Shown here: positions 7,947 to 17,466 of the stretch, one piece after another | How positions within the stretch are numbered: position 1 is the stretch's first letter | Layout of the letters: every line of letters begins with the position of its first letter | Source: Candidatus Wolframiiraptor gerlachensis | GTDB taxonomy: Archaea; Thermoproteota; Nitrososphaeria_A; Caldarchaeales; Wolframiiraptoraceae | Assembly (NCBI GenBank): GCA_021323375.2 | Contig: JAJPCT020000023.1 | Coordinates: forward strand, 35,803 to 99,802 | DNA length: 64,000 nt | Direction of reading: 5' to 3' | Notes under the pieces: model-generated | Database searches by the model: none | What the model saw: only the letters and a program-made list of their open reading frames with translations | Told to the model about the DNA's origin: nothing | Made by a program: the position numbers and the translations under genes

Positions 7947-10499
7947 CTATTGAGCCTCCATCCTCGCAGAGGCTCTGACCCTTTTAATGATTATTCTCAG
8001 GATTACCGGTATTGCTATCACGGCTGCCAGCGCTGACACGAGTATTATGAAATCTTGGAATGAGAGTATGAGGCCGAGGAGGTTTAAGGCCTCAAGCTCT
8101 ATTATAGCGGTCTCTCCTGGGCGGATGATCCTGCTCATCTTTAGCGGGCCATGCCAGACCTCCAGCTGATACACGCCAAGATATGGTATCCCTGAGAATA
8201 CTACAACTCCATCAGGGCCCGATCTCCCCTCACCTAGGATGATGCCTGAGACCTGTAGCCTTGCGGATACTCCGGGGAGCGGGTTCCCGAGCATGTCAAC
8301 CACCTTAATAGCAATCCCCGTCAGCCTAGCCTCAATCTCGATGGGCTCTCCGGCGAATGTAACATTCCCGGAGAATATTGGGATCGTTGCTCCAGGATAG
8401 TATATCTTCAGGCTATAGTTCGCGAAAGGCATTAGGCTGAAGACTATCATGCCCTGCTTATTCGTGAGGCCCTCAGCCTTCAGGCCGGCGGGGCCCATTA
8501 ACACGACCCTAGCATTGGAGACTGGCGCGCCGCCGCTCCAGAATATTCTAAGCACCATATCTTTCACCGGCAGCTCGATCACATTAATGCCCGCAAGCTC
8601 CTCGATGCTCGTATTCAATGAGCGGAGCGGCAGGTTCCGCTCATCCAAGATCACGAGGCTGCATGAGCCGCGTGGAACAAGCTCTATGGCAATCGAATCG
8701 GATTGCCGCCTCACCTCATGCTTATGGCCGGATGGGTCTATGAGGATCCAGAATGCAGAGAATGGCCGCCCATCAGCTGTCTTGAGCTCAATCCTGATAT
8801 TATACACGTCAGCCGTTATGTTCCAAGATCCGGAGCCTGAGACGACTATCCGGTTATCATACACCTCGATACCCTTCCACATTATCTTGACGCGATACTC
8901 TCCTTCTGGGATGCCTGGGAAACTCACATATCCCCAGCGATCAGCCCTAGCCTCAATGCCGCCAAGCATCACCGAGGCGTTGCCGAGCTCAATACCATCC
9001 CTTGAGCATATATGAAGTGTTATCGAGTGCAGGGGTAGCTGGAGCTCCGAGAGCCTCCCCGGCTGGAAGACCCCTGAAGCCTCGGCGCATGTCCTGAATA
9101 CAGGGGAGCAGTTTAACGCATGCACATGATAATAGCCCACTACTACCTGGGTTATGTTCAGAAGACCTGAGCTTGAGTACAGCCTCGTCTCGGGCAGCGC
9201 TCCCCGGGGGTCGAGCACCGTGAAGTTCACGGCTAGTGGTGATCCACCACTATCAACAGCCTGAACAAGCAGATCATCAACCGGGAGAATCAGCTTGAGC
9301 TTGGGCTCCTTGATCTCCGGCGAGATCGTCGGGTGATATCCAATCCAAACACATTCATCTAGAAGCTTTACACCCATCCAGTATGCTTGTAGGGAGTGGT
9401 TTCCATTCGGGACTAGCTGATATAATGTTAAGCCGTTCTCGGTAATCACCTCAACCCCATCCAAGACTATCCTCGCGCCATTCAGCGGCCTCTCCCTCAA
9501 ATCAAGCACCCTAACCTCTACGTTGAAGAGAAGCGTTCTAACACCCTTTGATGCGAGATCATAAGCCGTATGATGGCCTATGTGCACAAGCGGCGACTCC
9601 TGCAAGAAGAGGCTGCTATTCCAGTATACTCTCACCTCATAATCATCCTCCTTAAGCCTGTAGATTCTTATCGTTCCATTATCTGGGGTGATATACTCCC
9701 TGACATCATAATAGTGCATGAGCCTCCTAATCACGACCCTGGCGCCAGAGATCGGGTTTAAGCCATCATAGTCCGTTACCGTGAGGTTAAAGCTCCTATA
9801 GGGCTGGATCTCGAAGGGCCCATGAGTTGGGTAAGCCTCGAGGGTGTAATCTATCCACCCGGGATAATGGACCCTCAGATCCATGACCGGCTTGAGAAGC
9901 CGCTCTTCCGGGTATATGTCCGGTGGAATGAATATGTTGAACTCGAGCACTATGGATGATCCGGGGCTACGTCCGTTAAGTATGTAATCTATGGGGTTGA
10001 AGGCCTTAAGCTCAACATTAGCATCAGCCCTAAATGCCCAATCCCTCCCAGGATACTTCTTCCAAGGGAACCAGAGTAAGACATGATAGAGCTTTATGGA
10101 CTTTCCTTGGCAAGCTTCTTTTATCGTCAGCTTCGCATCAAAGTACACCTGGCCTCCAAAGCCATAAGCATTCTCTATCTTGTAATCATAATCCTTTATC
10201 CAGCCGCTTTCGTTCATCTCCTGAGCCCTCTTCAGGATAAGCTCGAGATACTGCTCAGGGATTCCTTTAAACTCTTTTTCGAAGGGTTTATCCGAGGGCT
10301 GCCTTGAGGAGCAATCCATATTCGTTATGTTTGCTTTCAGCTTCCCCCACTCGCCCATGTACAATTCTGCTGGAATGAGCTCGATTGAGAAGTCCCATGT
10401 TGGCTGCGCGTTTGACGGTGTTATAGCTAGCTGGAGCGCGGAGAGGAGGGAGGATGATACTAGGAGACAGAGGAGGATCATGGAAATGCTGGGGCGCAT
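7947..10499 (-). CDS. Large cell-surface protein with repeated carboxypeptidase-regulatory-like (prealbumin-fold) domains
   Basis: Signal peptide, repeated V.D..G.P...A.V......G units, C-terminal TM anchor followed by basic residues. Confidence 0.75.
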   Translation of the reverse strand: MRPSISMILLCLLVSSSLLSALQLAITPSNAQPTWDFSIELIPAELYMGEWGKLKANITNMDCSSRQPSDKPFEKEFKGIPEQYLELILKRAQEMNESGWIKDYDYKIENAYGFGGQVYFDAKLTIKEACQGKSIKLYHVLLWFPWKKYPGRDWAFRADANVELKAFNPIDYILNGRSPGSSIVLEFNIFIPPDIYPEERLLKPVMDLRVHYPGWIDYTLEAYPTHGPFEIQPYRSFNLTVTDYDGLNPISGARVVIRRLMHYYDVREYITPDNGTIRIYRLKEDDYEVRVYWNSSLFLQESPLVHIGHHTAYDLASKGVRTLLFNVEVRVLDLRERPLNGARIVLDGVEVITENGLTLYQLVPNGNHSLQAYWMGVKLLDECVWIGYHPTISPEIKEPKLKLILPVDDLLVQAVDSGGSPLAVNFTVLDPRGALPETRLYSSSGLLNITQVVVGYYHVHALNCSPVFRTCAEASGVFQPGRLSELQLPLHSITLHICSRDGIELGNASVMLGGIEARADRWGYVSFPGIPEGEYRVKIMWKGIEVYDNRIVVSGSGSWNITADVYNIRIELKTADGRPFSAFWILIDPSGHKHEVRRQSDSIAIELVPRGSCSLVILDERNLPLRSLNTSIEELAGINVIELPVKDMVLRIFWSGGAPVSNARVVLMGPAGLKAEGLTNKQGMIVFSLMPFANYSLKIYYPGATIPIFSGNVTFAGEPIEIEARLTGIAIKVVDMLGNPLPGVSARLQVSGIILGEGRSGPDGVVVFSGIPYLGVYQLEVWHGPLKMSRIIRPGETAIIELEALNLLGLILSFQDFIILVSALAAVIAIPVILRIIIKRVRASARMEAQ

Positions 10500-10554
10500 G
10501 GCCTTCTAACATGAATATAGCGGCTAGAGATAAGCTTAGCAGTCCGGGATTTCT

Positions 10555-10572
10555 CGAGCAAATTTTATATAT
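10555..10572 (+). promoter_or_regulatory. BRE/TATA promoter of the aro leader and operon
   Basis: CGAGCAAA-TTTTATATAT at 10555-10572; predicted TSS about 10594, followed by SD-like AGGGG (10602-10606) and ATG at 10613. Confidence 0.65.
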
Positions 10573-10612
10573 AATCTGCGAGATGATTATCCAAGCGCTC
10601 CAGGGGCGAATA

Positions 10613-10705
10613 ATGATGAACCATGCTGGACATGCTTGCTTGAGCCATTTCAACAGCCTCTGGAGCTACTGGTATTTTGGCTTCTATTATTTTGCCCTGG
10701 CGTAA
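10613..10705 (+). CDS. Putative aro leader peptide MMNHAGHACLSHFNSLWSYWYFGFYYFALA (Trp/Tyr/Phe-rich)
   Basis: 30 codons; 9 of 11 consecutive codons (10661-10693) are W/Y/F; SD-like AGGGG upstream; directly 5' of the shikimate operon. Confidence 0.7.
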   Translation: MMNHAGHACLSHFNSLWSYWYFGFYYFALA

Positions 10706-10839
10706 GGCCAGGGCCCCGTGCATGATTCCTTGGTTCTGGAGGTGTTCTGCATGCCTGGGGTCCACTCTGTAGATCTTCCGGAGTATTGGTTTGGGCTTGA
10801 CGCGCCCATAGTTTACATTCTATGGTTTTTGGGAGGTGA
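10694..10839 (+). promoter_or_regulatory. Attenuator-like set of alternative hairpins ending in hairpin + U5 + SD
   Basis: GCCCTGGC/GCCAGGGC (10694-10714), GGGCCCCGTGCATG/CATGCCTGGGGTCC (10711-10763), ACTCTG/CGGAGT (10764-10784), TGGGC/GCCCA (10792-10808), CCATAG/CTATGG (10806-10825) then TTTTT and GGAGGTGA. Confidence 0.6.
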
Positions 10840-10844
10840 TGGGT

Positions 10845-11639
10845 ATGGTTTGGGGGAAGAGGGTTAGATTAAGTAGGATAATGGAGTCGGGCAAGATGGT
10901 TTGTGTGCCGATGGATCATGGAGTCAGTTCTGGGCCATTGAAGGGCATCGATAGGATAAGGGAGATGATAAGGATGCTGGAGTCTGCTGGTGTTACCGCC
11001 ATACTGATCCATAAGGGGATTATCAAGAGCTTGGATGAGCCCCCGAGGACGGGCTTGATAATGCATGCCTCTGCTAGCACGAGCCTCTCCACCTCGCCGA
11101 ACTGGAAGGTGAGAGTCGCATCCGTCGAGGAGGCCATCAGACTTGGGGCCGACGCCGTCTCAGTCCACGTAAACATCGGGAATAGGGATGAGCAGGATAT
11201 GCTGAGAAAGCTCGGCGCGATCGCTGATGAGTGCGATGCATGGGGAGTCCCATTGATAGCGATGATGTATCCGCGTGGTGAGAATATCAAGGATCCAAAT
11301 GACCCGCAGGTGATAGCTCATATTGCGAGGGTTGGCGCGGAGCTCGGTGCTGACATAGTCAAGGTGCCGATGCCATCCTTCAACCCAGATGATATTCGGG
11401 TGATAACCGAGAGCTGCCCGGTCCCGGTTGTCGCAGCTGGAGGCCCGAAGATGGATGATGACAGAAAGGTTCTGGAGCTCGCGAAGGCCGTCGTGGATGC
11501 TGGTGGAGCCGGCGTCACATTCGGGAGAAACGTCTTCCAGCATGAGAGACCGGATGCTATCGCCAGAGCGCTTAGGGCCGTCGTGATCGAAGGCAAGAGC
11601 GTCGAGGATGCCATGATGATTCTGAGGGAGCGGCGATGA
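10845..11639 (+). CDS. aroA': 2-amino-3,7-dideoxy-D-threo-hept-6-ulosonate (ADH) synthase, class I aldolase fold
   Basis: PMDHG, GADAVSVHVN, MMYPRG, ELGADIVK, GRNVFQ; first gene of the aro operon; SD GGAGGTGA favours the ATG at 10845. Confidence 0.88.
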   Translation: MVWGKRVRLSRIMESGKMVCVPMDHGVSSGPLKGIDRIREMIRMLESAGVTAILIHKGIIKSLDEPPRTGLIMHASASTSLSTSPNWKVRVASVEEAIRLGADAVSVHVNIGNRDEQDMLRKLGAIADECDAWGVPLIAMMYPRGENIKDPNDPQVIAHIARVGAELGADIVKVPMPSFNPDDIRVITESCPVPVVAAGGPKMDDDRKVLELAKAVVDAGGAGVTFGRNVFQHERPDAIARALRAVVIEGKSVEDAMMILRERR

Positions 11640-12670
11640 GAAAGGAGATAATCATCGCGCTATCCAAGCCTGATGAGAGGATCCTCGAGAGAGCGGTTGC
11701 AAGAGGCATCAAGGCGGTCTACATCGATCCTGAAAAGATTCCTCAGAGGTTTCGCGGCAAGGTCGAGGTCTATCATGAGTCCGAGTCAGCTGACTGGAGG
11801 GTTGTCAGGGACTTGTCAAGCATCTCGGAAAATGTTGTTCCCGAGATAGTGCTTAGGGGTCCTGAGGATTATGAGAGGATAATTGCGGCGGCGAGAATGG
11901 GCGCCAAGAGCATTATAGTAAGGGCTGAGGATCTGAGGATAATAGCGCTTGAGAATCTAATAGCTGACTTGGCGCCGCTGGGGACGAGGATTATCGCGGC
12001 CGCGTCGCCGCTTGAGATCGAGACGCTCTCCGGAGTTCTCGAGAAGGGTGTTGATGGCATCATAGTCTCCGTTAACAGTCCGGACGAGGTTGATCTTGTG
12101 GTGGATCAGGTCTTAGCCCCCAGCAGGCTTGAGCTGGGCGAGGCGGAGGTCGTCGAGGTCAGGGATGTTGGGCTGGGCGAGAGGGCATGCATAGATACCA
12201 CGTCAATCCTCAGCGCTGGTGAGGGCATGCTTGTCGGGAGCACGTCAAGCCTGCTAGCCCTCATACATAATGAGAGCCCAGGATCCGCGCTCACGGCTCC
12301 GAGGCCCTTCAGGGTTAATGCTGGTGCGATTCACTCGTATACGCTGGCGCCCGATGGCTCCACCAAGTATCTCTCGGAGCTGAGGGCTGGCGATAGGGTT
12401 CTCATAGTCTCCAAGAGGGGTGCTAGGGTCGTGTCTATCGGAAGGGTGAAGATCGAGCGGAGGCCGCTGCGGCTCATCAGGATCGGGATGGGAGATATTG
12501 AGGGTTCCGTGATAATCCAGAACGCTGAGACGATAATGCTCCTCGCGCCCGATGAGGCGCTTATACCCGCGACCGAGATCAAGCCGGGTGACAGGATCCT
12601 CGCGCATACACCGAAGGTCAAGGCGAGACACTTTGGGAGAGCTGTGGACGAGTTCATAATCGAGAGGTGA
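11636..12670 (+). CDS. aroB': 3-dehydroquinate synthase II
   Basis: GERACIDT, GEGMLVGS, RPFRVNAGAIHSY, KIERRPL, QNAETI, ARHFG. Confidence 0.95.
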   Translation: MRKEIIIALSKPDERILERAVARGIKAVYIDPEKIPQRFRGKVEVYHESESADWRVVRDLSSISENVVPEIVLRGPEDYERIIAAARMGAKSIIVRAEDLRIIALENLIADLAPLGTRIIAAASPLEIETLSGVLEKGVDGIIVSVNSPDEVDLVVDQVLAPSRLELGEAEVVEVRDVGLGERACIDTTSILSAGEGMLVGSTSSLLALIHNESPGSALTAPRPFRVNAGAIHSYTLAPDGSTKYLSELRAGDRVLIVSKRGARVVSIGRVKIERRPLRLIRIGMGDIEGSVIIQNAETIMLLAPDEALIPATEIKPGDRILAHTPKVKARHFGRAVDEFIIER

Positions 12671-12674
12671 TCAA

Positions 12675-13361
12675 ATGTCAAGGCCATTGATATGCGTCAG
12701 CATCATGGGTAGGGATGAAGCTGAGCTTGAGAGGAAGGTGGAGCGGGCGCTGAGCCTCGGCGGAGACCTTGTTGAGCTCAGGCTAGACTTTCTCCTTGAG
12801 CTCGATGTAGGCCGCCTAGGAAACATTATCTCGAGCCTCGCTGACAAGGTCATCATAACGCTTAGGCCGAGCTGGGAGGGGGGCCACTATAGTGGAGGCG
12901 AGGAGGAGAGGATCGAGCTATTGAGAATGTTATCCGACCTGAAGCCCGCCTACATGGATCTCGAGCTCGCGGCAAGGAACCTCGCTGAAATCTCCAGAGA
13001 GCTTAGGAGAAAGTCGCGTCTCATAATATCTTTTCATGATTTCTCTGGAACGCCCCCTGACGAAGAGCTGGCATCACGAGCCCAGGAGGCCCTAAGATAT
13101 GGTGACATCGCGAAGATCGTGACTCTCTCAAGGGGAATGGATGATAATCTAGGGATTCTGCGGCTTTACCGGCTGGATGGTATATCGGTTGAGAGGCTGA
13201 TAGCATTCGCCATGGGTGAGGCTGGTGTGGTGACGAGGATCCTAGCGCCCATCCTAGGGTCGCCGATAGCCTATTCATGTCTCCCAGGTGAAGAGGTTAC
13301 TCCAGGCCAGCTGAACATAATCCATCTTAGGAGGATCTTGGAGTTGGTGATGCCGCGTTGA
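12675..13361 (+). CDS. aroD: Type I 3-dehydroquinate dehydratase
   Basis: VELRLD, TLR...EGG, SFHDF..TP, FAMGE.G..TR, PGQ. Confidence 0.93.
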   Translation: MSRPLICVSIMGRDEAELERKVERALSLGGDLVELRLDFLLELDVGRLGNIISSLADKVIITLRPSWEGGHYSGGEEERIELLRMLSDLKPAYMDLELAARNLAEISRELRRKSRLIISFHDFSGTPPDEELASRAQEALRYGDIAKIVTLSRGMDDNLGILRLYRLDGISVERLIAFAMGEAGVVTRILAPILGSPIAYSCLPGEEVTPGQLNIIHLRRILELVMPR

Positions 13362-14221
13362 TTAATGCCTCGACAAGGCTCTGCTGTCTTATAGGGCATC
13401 CGATCGGCCACTCTGTCTCACCCCAGATGCATAATGCCGCCTTCAGGGCTCTTGGGCTAAACTACGTCTACCTCGCGTTCGATGTCTCGCCGAAGATGCT
13501 GGCTGATGCCGTGGCAGGGTTAAGGGCTCTCGGCGTTGCCGGCTTCAACGTGACGATACCCCATAAGGTTGCGGTGATGAGGCTACTCGACGAGCTCGAT
13601 CGCTCGGCGGAGAGGACGGGCGCGGTTAACACTGTAGTGAATCATCATGGAGTCTTAAGGGGCTATAATACTGATCTTCATGGTATTCGGAGGGCGCTGG
13701 AGGGTCGGGGCCCCCCCATCTTGATGCCGGCCCTCGTGATTGGCGCTGGAGGCGCTGCAAGAGCCGCGGTGGTCGCCCTTATAGATCTCGGCTTCCGGAG
13801 AATCCTCATCGCTAATAGGACTATTGAGAAGAGCTTGGCTCTAGCTGAGATTGCACGCTCCCTTGGAGCCTTAGTGGAGGTCTTGGATCTCGATGAAGGT
13901 AGGCGGAGGGCCGTTGAATGCGGGGTTGTGGTGAATGCGACCCCTGTTGGCATGTATCCGGATACTAGCGCCACTCTGCTCATGGCCGAGGAGATGCGGA
14001 GAGGCATGATAGTCCTCGACCTCGTGTATAATCCTCCTAAAACCCGGCTCTTGAAGGAGGCGAAGAGAGCTGGAGCGGTGCCTGTCTCCGGCCTCGATGT
14101 CCTAGTTTATCAGGGGGCTGAGGCTTTCAAGCTCTGGACCGGCGTGGACCCGCCGATCGAGATTATGAGAAGGGCTGCGATCGAGGCGCTGGAGGGGGAT
14201 CGGGGGGATGAGGGGCGCTAG
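13358..14221 (+). CDS. aroE: Shikimate dehydrogenase
   Basis: HSVSPQMHN, NVTIPHK, GAVNT, GYNTD, GAGGAARA, NATPVG, DLVY.P. Confidence 0.95.
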   Translation: MINASTRLCCLIGHPIGHSVSPQMHNAAFRALGLNYVYLAFDVSPKMLADAVAGLRALGVAGFNVTIPHKVAVMRLLDELDRSAERTGAVNTVVNHHGVLRGYNTDLHGIRRALEGRGPPILMPALVIGAGGAARAAVVALIDLGFRRILIANRTIEKSLALAEIARSLGALVEVLDLDEGRRRAVECGVVVNATPVGMYPDTSATLLMAEEMRRGMIVLDLVYNPPKTRLLKEAKRAGAVPVSGLDVLVYQGAEAFKLWTGVDPPIEIMRRAAIEALEGDRGDEGR

Positions 14222-15071
14222 GGCAGTGGTTCATGGCGCGGTGAGCATCCTAAACGCCATACCAACATGGATTGGAGGGGCTTTAGGAGTGGATCTTTGG
14301 ACCGAGGCGGAGGCCTGGATTAGTGATGATCCTGGGAGGATTGAGGCGGAGATACCGGGTGGGGAGGATCCAAGCCTCGTGATCGAGACCGCGAGGACCG
14401 TCCTTCAGCGGGCTAGAAGAGTTGATCTCGGCCTCCGGCTGAGAACTAGGTCGAATATCCCTATGGGGAGGGGGCTTAAGAGCTCGAGCGCCGCCTCAGA
14501 TGCCGTGGCCCTAGCAGTCGCGAGGCTCGTTGGCCTTGAATGCGATGGAGATGAGGTGGTGAGGCTCGCTGTCGAGGCCTCGATCAGGGCGGGCGTTACG
14601 ATCACTGGAGCATACGACGACGCCTACACATGCTATTATGGTGGGATAAATATCACGGATAACAAGTCGAGGAAGGTACTATTGAGGAGGATGGCGCCGG
14701 AGGACGTGGTCGTGGTAATATCCGTGCCCGAGAAGAAGATCTATACAAGGTCTGTGGATGTTGGGAGGCTTAGTGCCTTTAGGGAGGTTTGCCTTAAGGC
14801 GGCGAGGCTCGCGCTCCAGGAAAAATTCTGGGACGCGATGATCTTGAATGGACTGGCGATCGCCTCGGCCCTGGACCTAGATCCATCACCCATCCTCGAC
14901 GCGCTTAGGGCTGGGGCCATAGCCGCTGGGGTTTCCGGAACCGGGCCCGCAATAGCAGCAATCACCTCGCCCAAGAGGGTTGATGATGTTCGAGAGGCCT
15001 TAAGGGATTATGGGGATCTTCTCATATGCGGGGTGAATAATTTCGAGGCTAGCTGGGAGGTGTTTGGATGA
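14208..15071 (+). CDS. aroK: Archaeal (GHMP-family) shikimate kinase
   Basis: GAVSILNAI, IPMGRGLKSSSA, TITGAYDD, GVSGTGP. Confidence 0.94.
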   Translation: MRGARAVVHGAVSILNAIPTWIGGALGVDLWTEAEAWISDDPGRIEAEIPGGEDPSLVIETARTVLQRARRVDLGLRLRTRSNIPMGRGLKSSSAASDAVALAVARLVGLECDGDEVVRLAVEASIRAGVTITGAYDDAYTCYYGGINITDNKSRKVLLRRMAPEDVVVVISVPEKKIYTRSVDVGRLSAFREVCLKAARLALQEKFWDAMILNGLAIASALDLDPSPILDALRAGAIAAGVSGTGPAIAAITSPKRVDDVREALRDYGDLLICGVNNFEASWEVFG

Positions 15072-16363
15072 GCAAGATGATACTCGTGAAGCCGTCGGTG
15101 CTTAGGGGCGTGGCTGAGGCTCCTCCGAGCAAGTCCTATACGCATCGGGCTTACGCGGCTGCCCTCCTCTCCGATGGTGTCAGCAAGATCATCAGCCCCC
15201 TCAAATCCCGGGATACAGATGCGACTAGGAGAGCTTGCATTCACTTGGGCGCGGAGATCAAGGAGGAAGAGAACAATGTCCTAGTTAGGGGTGGAGAATT
15301 TAGGACTCCCGATAATGTTATTGATGTTGAGAATTCCGGGACCACTCTCAGGTTCTTCACGGCGATCTCGGCTCATGCTCCCGGCGGCTACGTGATCTTG
15401 ACTGGGGATGACTCGATTAGGAGGAGGCCTATGGAGCCTCTCTTAAAGGCTCTTAGGATGCTTGGTGTCGAGTGCTGGTCGAGCAAGCTGGATGGAACGG
15501 CGCCGATAATAGTTAGGGGCGGTGGGATAGAGGGAGGCGAGGCCAGAATAGAGGGCTGGATCTCATCCCAGTTCATCTCAGCCCTAATCTATGCGTCGAC
15601 TAGGTCTAGGGGGGGTGCGAGGATAATTGTCGAGGGCGAGATGGTCTCGCGACCATATATCGACGCGAGCCTAGCTGTTCTCGCGAGATTCGGGTTCCGC
15701 GTGGAGCGCGAGGGATACTGCTTCTTCGAGGTTGAGGGCGGGCAGCATGGGGTGACATGCGAGTTCATGGTTCCGGGGGACTTTGGCTCAGCCGCCTTCC
15801 TAACGGCGGGAGCATGCCTGACAGGTGGAGACGTGATCGTGAGAAACCTGAGCTTGGATCTTCCGCAGGCCGACGCCGCGATAATCAACTTCCTGAGGAT
15901 GCTTGGATGCCACGTGGAGATAATGGAGAATGCTGTCAGGGTTTATCGCGCTGGGAGAGCATGTGGAGGAGAATTTGATCTAAGAGACTCGCCGGACCTC
16001 CTCCCGATACTCGCCTGCATCGCTGCCAAGTGCTCAGAGGAAGTGGTCTTGAGAGGTGTCGCTCATGCGAGGTTCAAGGAGAGTGATAGGATCATAGTCA
16101 TGGCGCATGAGCTCGCCAAGCTTGGCATCTATGTCGAGCCCCTCCCAGATGGCTTGAGAATACGCGGGAGGGATAGTATCGAGGGAGGATGCGTGCTGGA
16201 TCCCCATGGTGATCATCGGGTATTCATGGCTCTCGCGATGCTCGCGGCTTCTACCGAGAGGGGGTGCCTCGTGAAGGATCCGGAGGTTGCTGAGGTCTCG
16301 TATCCCCAGTTCCTCGAGCACGCGATCGGCCTAGGATTGAATGTGGAGGTACTTGAAGGATGA
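15068..16363 (+). CDS. aroA: EPSP synthase
   Basis: PPSKSYTHR, NSGTTLRF, SSQFISAL, KESDRI, DHR, SYP. Confidence 0.96.
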   Translation: MSKMILVKPSVLRGVAEAPPSKSYTHRAYAAALLSDGVSKIISPLKSRDTDATRRACIHLGAEIKEEENNVLVRGGEFRTPDNVIDVENSGTTLRFFTAISAHAPGGYVILTGDDSIRRRPMEPLLKALRMLGVECWSSKLDGTAPIIVRGGGIEGGEARIEGWISSQFISALIYASTRSRGGARIIVEGEMVSRPYIDASLAVLARFGFRVEREGYCFFEVEGGQHGVTCEFMVPGDFGSAAFLTAGACLTGGDVIVRNLSLDLPQADAAIINFLRMLGCHVEIMENAVRVYRAGRACGGEFDLRDSPDLLPILACIAAKCSEEVVLRGVAHARFKESDRIIVMAHELAKLGIYVEPLPDGLRIRGRDSIEGGCVLDPHGDHRVFMALAMLAASTERGCLVKDPEVAEVSYPQFLEHAIGLGLNVEVLEG

Positions 16364-17466
16364 GGGGCAATATTATCGGCGAGAGGTTCATAGTCCTGAG
16401 CTTCGGCGAGAGCCATGGAAGATGTGTTGGAGCCGTTGTTGATGGTTGCCCCGCCGGCCTATCCCTCCGGGAGGAGGATGTTCAACGTGAGCTGGATTTG
16501 AGGAGGCCCTCGAGTCCGCTTATCTCGACCGAGAGAAGCGAGGAGGATGTTGTCGAAATACTTTCAGGAGTCTTCGAGGGGTATACGACTGGCGCGCCGA
16601 TATGCATGCTTACCTGGAATAGAGATGTTAGGAGCGAGGACTACGCGGAGATCAGGTATAAACCTAGGCCGGGCCACGCCGACTATTATGCCCATGTCAA
16701 GTATGGGGGCTTCCATGATTATCGCGGCGGCGGCAGGTTCTCGGGAAGGATAACCGCCGGATTCGTAATGGCTGGAGCCGTCGCGAAGAAGCTCCTGAGA
16801 GATGTCCTAGGCATCAGGATCATCGGATACTCGCTTGAGATCGGTGGTGTGAGGGCTGGCGAGTTCACCTTGGAGGATGCTGAGAGGAACAGGTATGGAA
16901 ATGATGTTAGGGCGCCGACCCTGGAGGCTGCTGAGAGGATGAGGGAGAGGATTCTGGAGGCAAGGGAGAGGGGGGATAGCGTCGGCGGGATAGTGGAGTG
17001 CGTAGCTGTGAATGTTCCCATAGGGTTGGGTGAGCCGGTATTTGATGCCTTGGATGCCGATCTCGCGAAGGCCATGATGGCGATTCCCGGGGCGAGGGGG
17101 GTTGAGTTTGGGGCCGGGTTCGCCGCTGCCAGAATGACTGGCTCACAGCACAACGATCCATTAATCGTGAGGAATGGCAGGATAATCTCTGAGAAGAATG
17201 ATGCTGGAGGAGTGATCGGGGGCCTCTCGACGGGCATGCCGATAATCGTCAGGGTTGCTTTCAAGCCGACGAGCTCCATACCCTTGGAGCAGAAGACTGT
17301 TGATCTTAGGGATCTCAGCGAGGCGGGGCTGAGGATGCGCGGCAGGCATGATCCATGCATCGTCCCAAGGGCAGTGGTGGTCGTCGAGGCGATGATGGCG
17401 ATAGTGCTCGCCGATCACGCAATTAGAGCCGGATTCATACCACCAGTCCTCAGGCGTGGGGATTAA
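16360..17466 (+). CDS. aroC: Chorismate synthase
   Basis: FGESHG, RPGHAD, GGGRFSGR, KPTSSI, GRHDPCI. Confidence 0.97.
   Translation: MRGNIIGERFIVLSFGESHGRCVGAVVDGCPAGLSLREEDVQRELDLRRPSSPLISTERSEEDVVEILSGVFEGYTTGAPICMLTWNRDVRSEDYAEIRYKPRPGHADYYAHVKYGGFHDYRGGGRFSGRITAGFVMAGAVAKKLLRDVLGIRIIGYSLEIGGVRAGEFTLEDAERNRYGNDVRAPTLEAAERMRERILEARERGDSVGGIVECVAVNVPIGLGEPVFDALDADLAKAMMAIPGARGVEFGAGFAAARMTGSQHNDPLIVRNGRIISEKNDAGGVIGGLSTGMPIIVRVAFKPTSSIPLEQKTVDLRDLSEAGLRMRGRHDPCIVPRAVVVVEAMMAIVLADHAIRAGFIPPVLRRGD

Noticed and set aside
10288-10765. ORF-track ORFs 10288-10653(-), 10565-10765(-) and the long form 10454-10705(+)
   Set aside because: No recognisable protein features; the first and third overlap the promoter and adjacent gene. 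Only the 3' part 10613-10705 has SD and promoter support
10845-12670. aroA'/aroB' route instead of DAHP synthase and AroB
   Set aside because: Known alternative archaeal entry to 3-dehydroquinate; not novel
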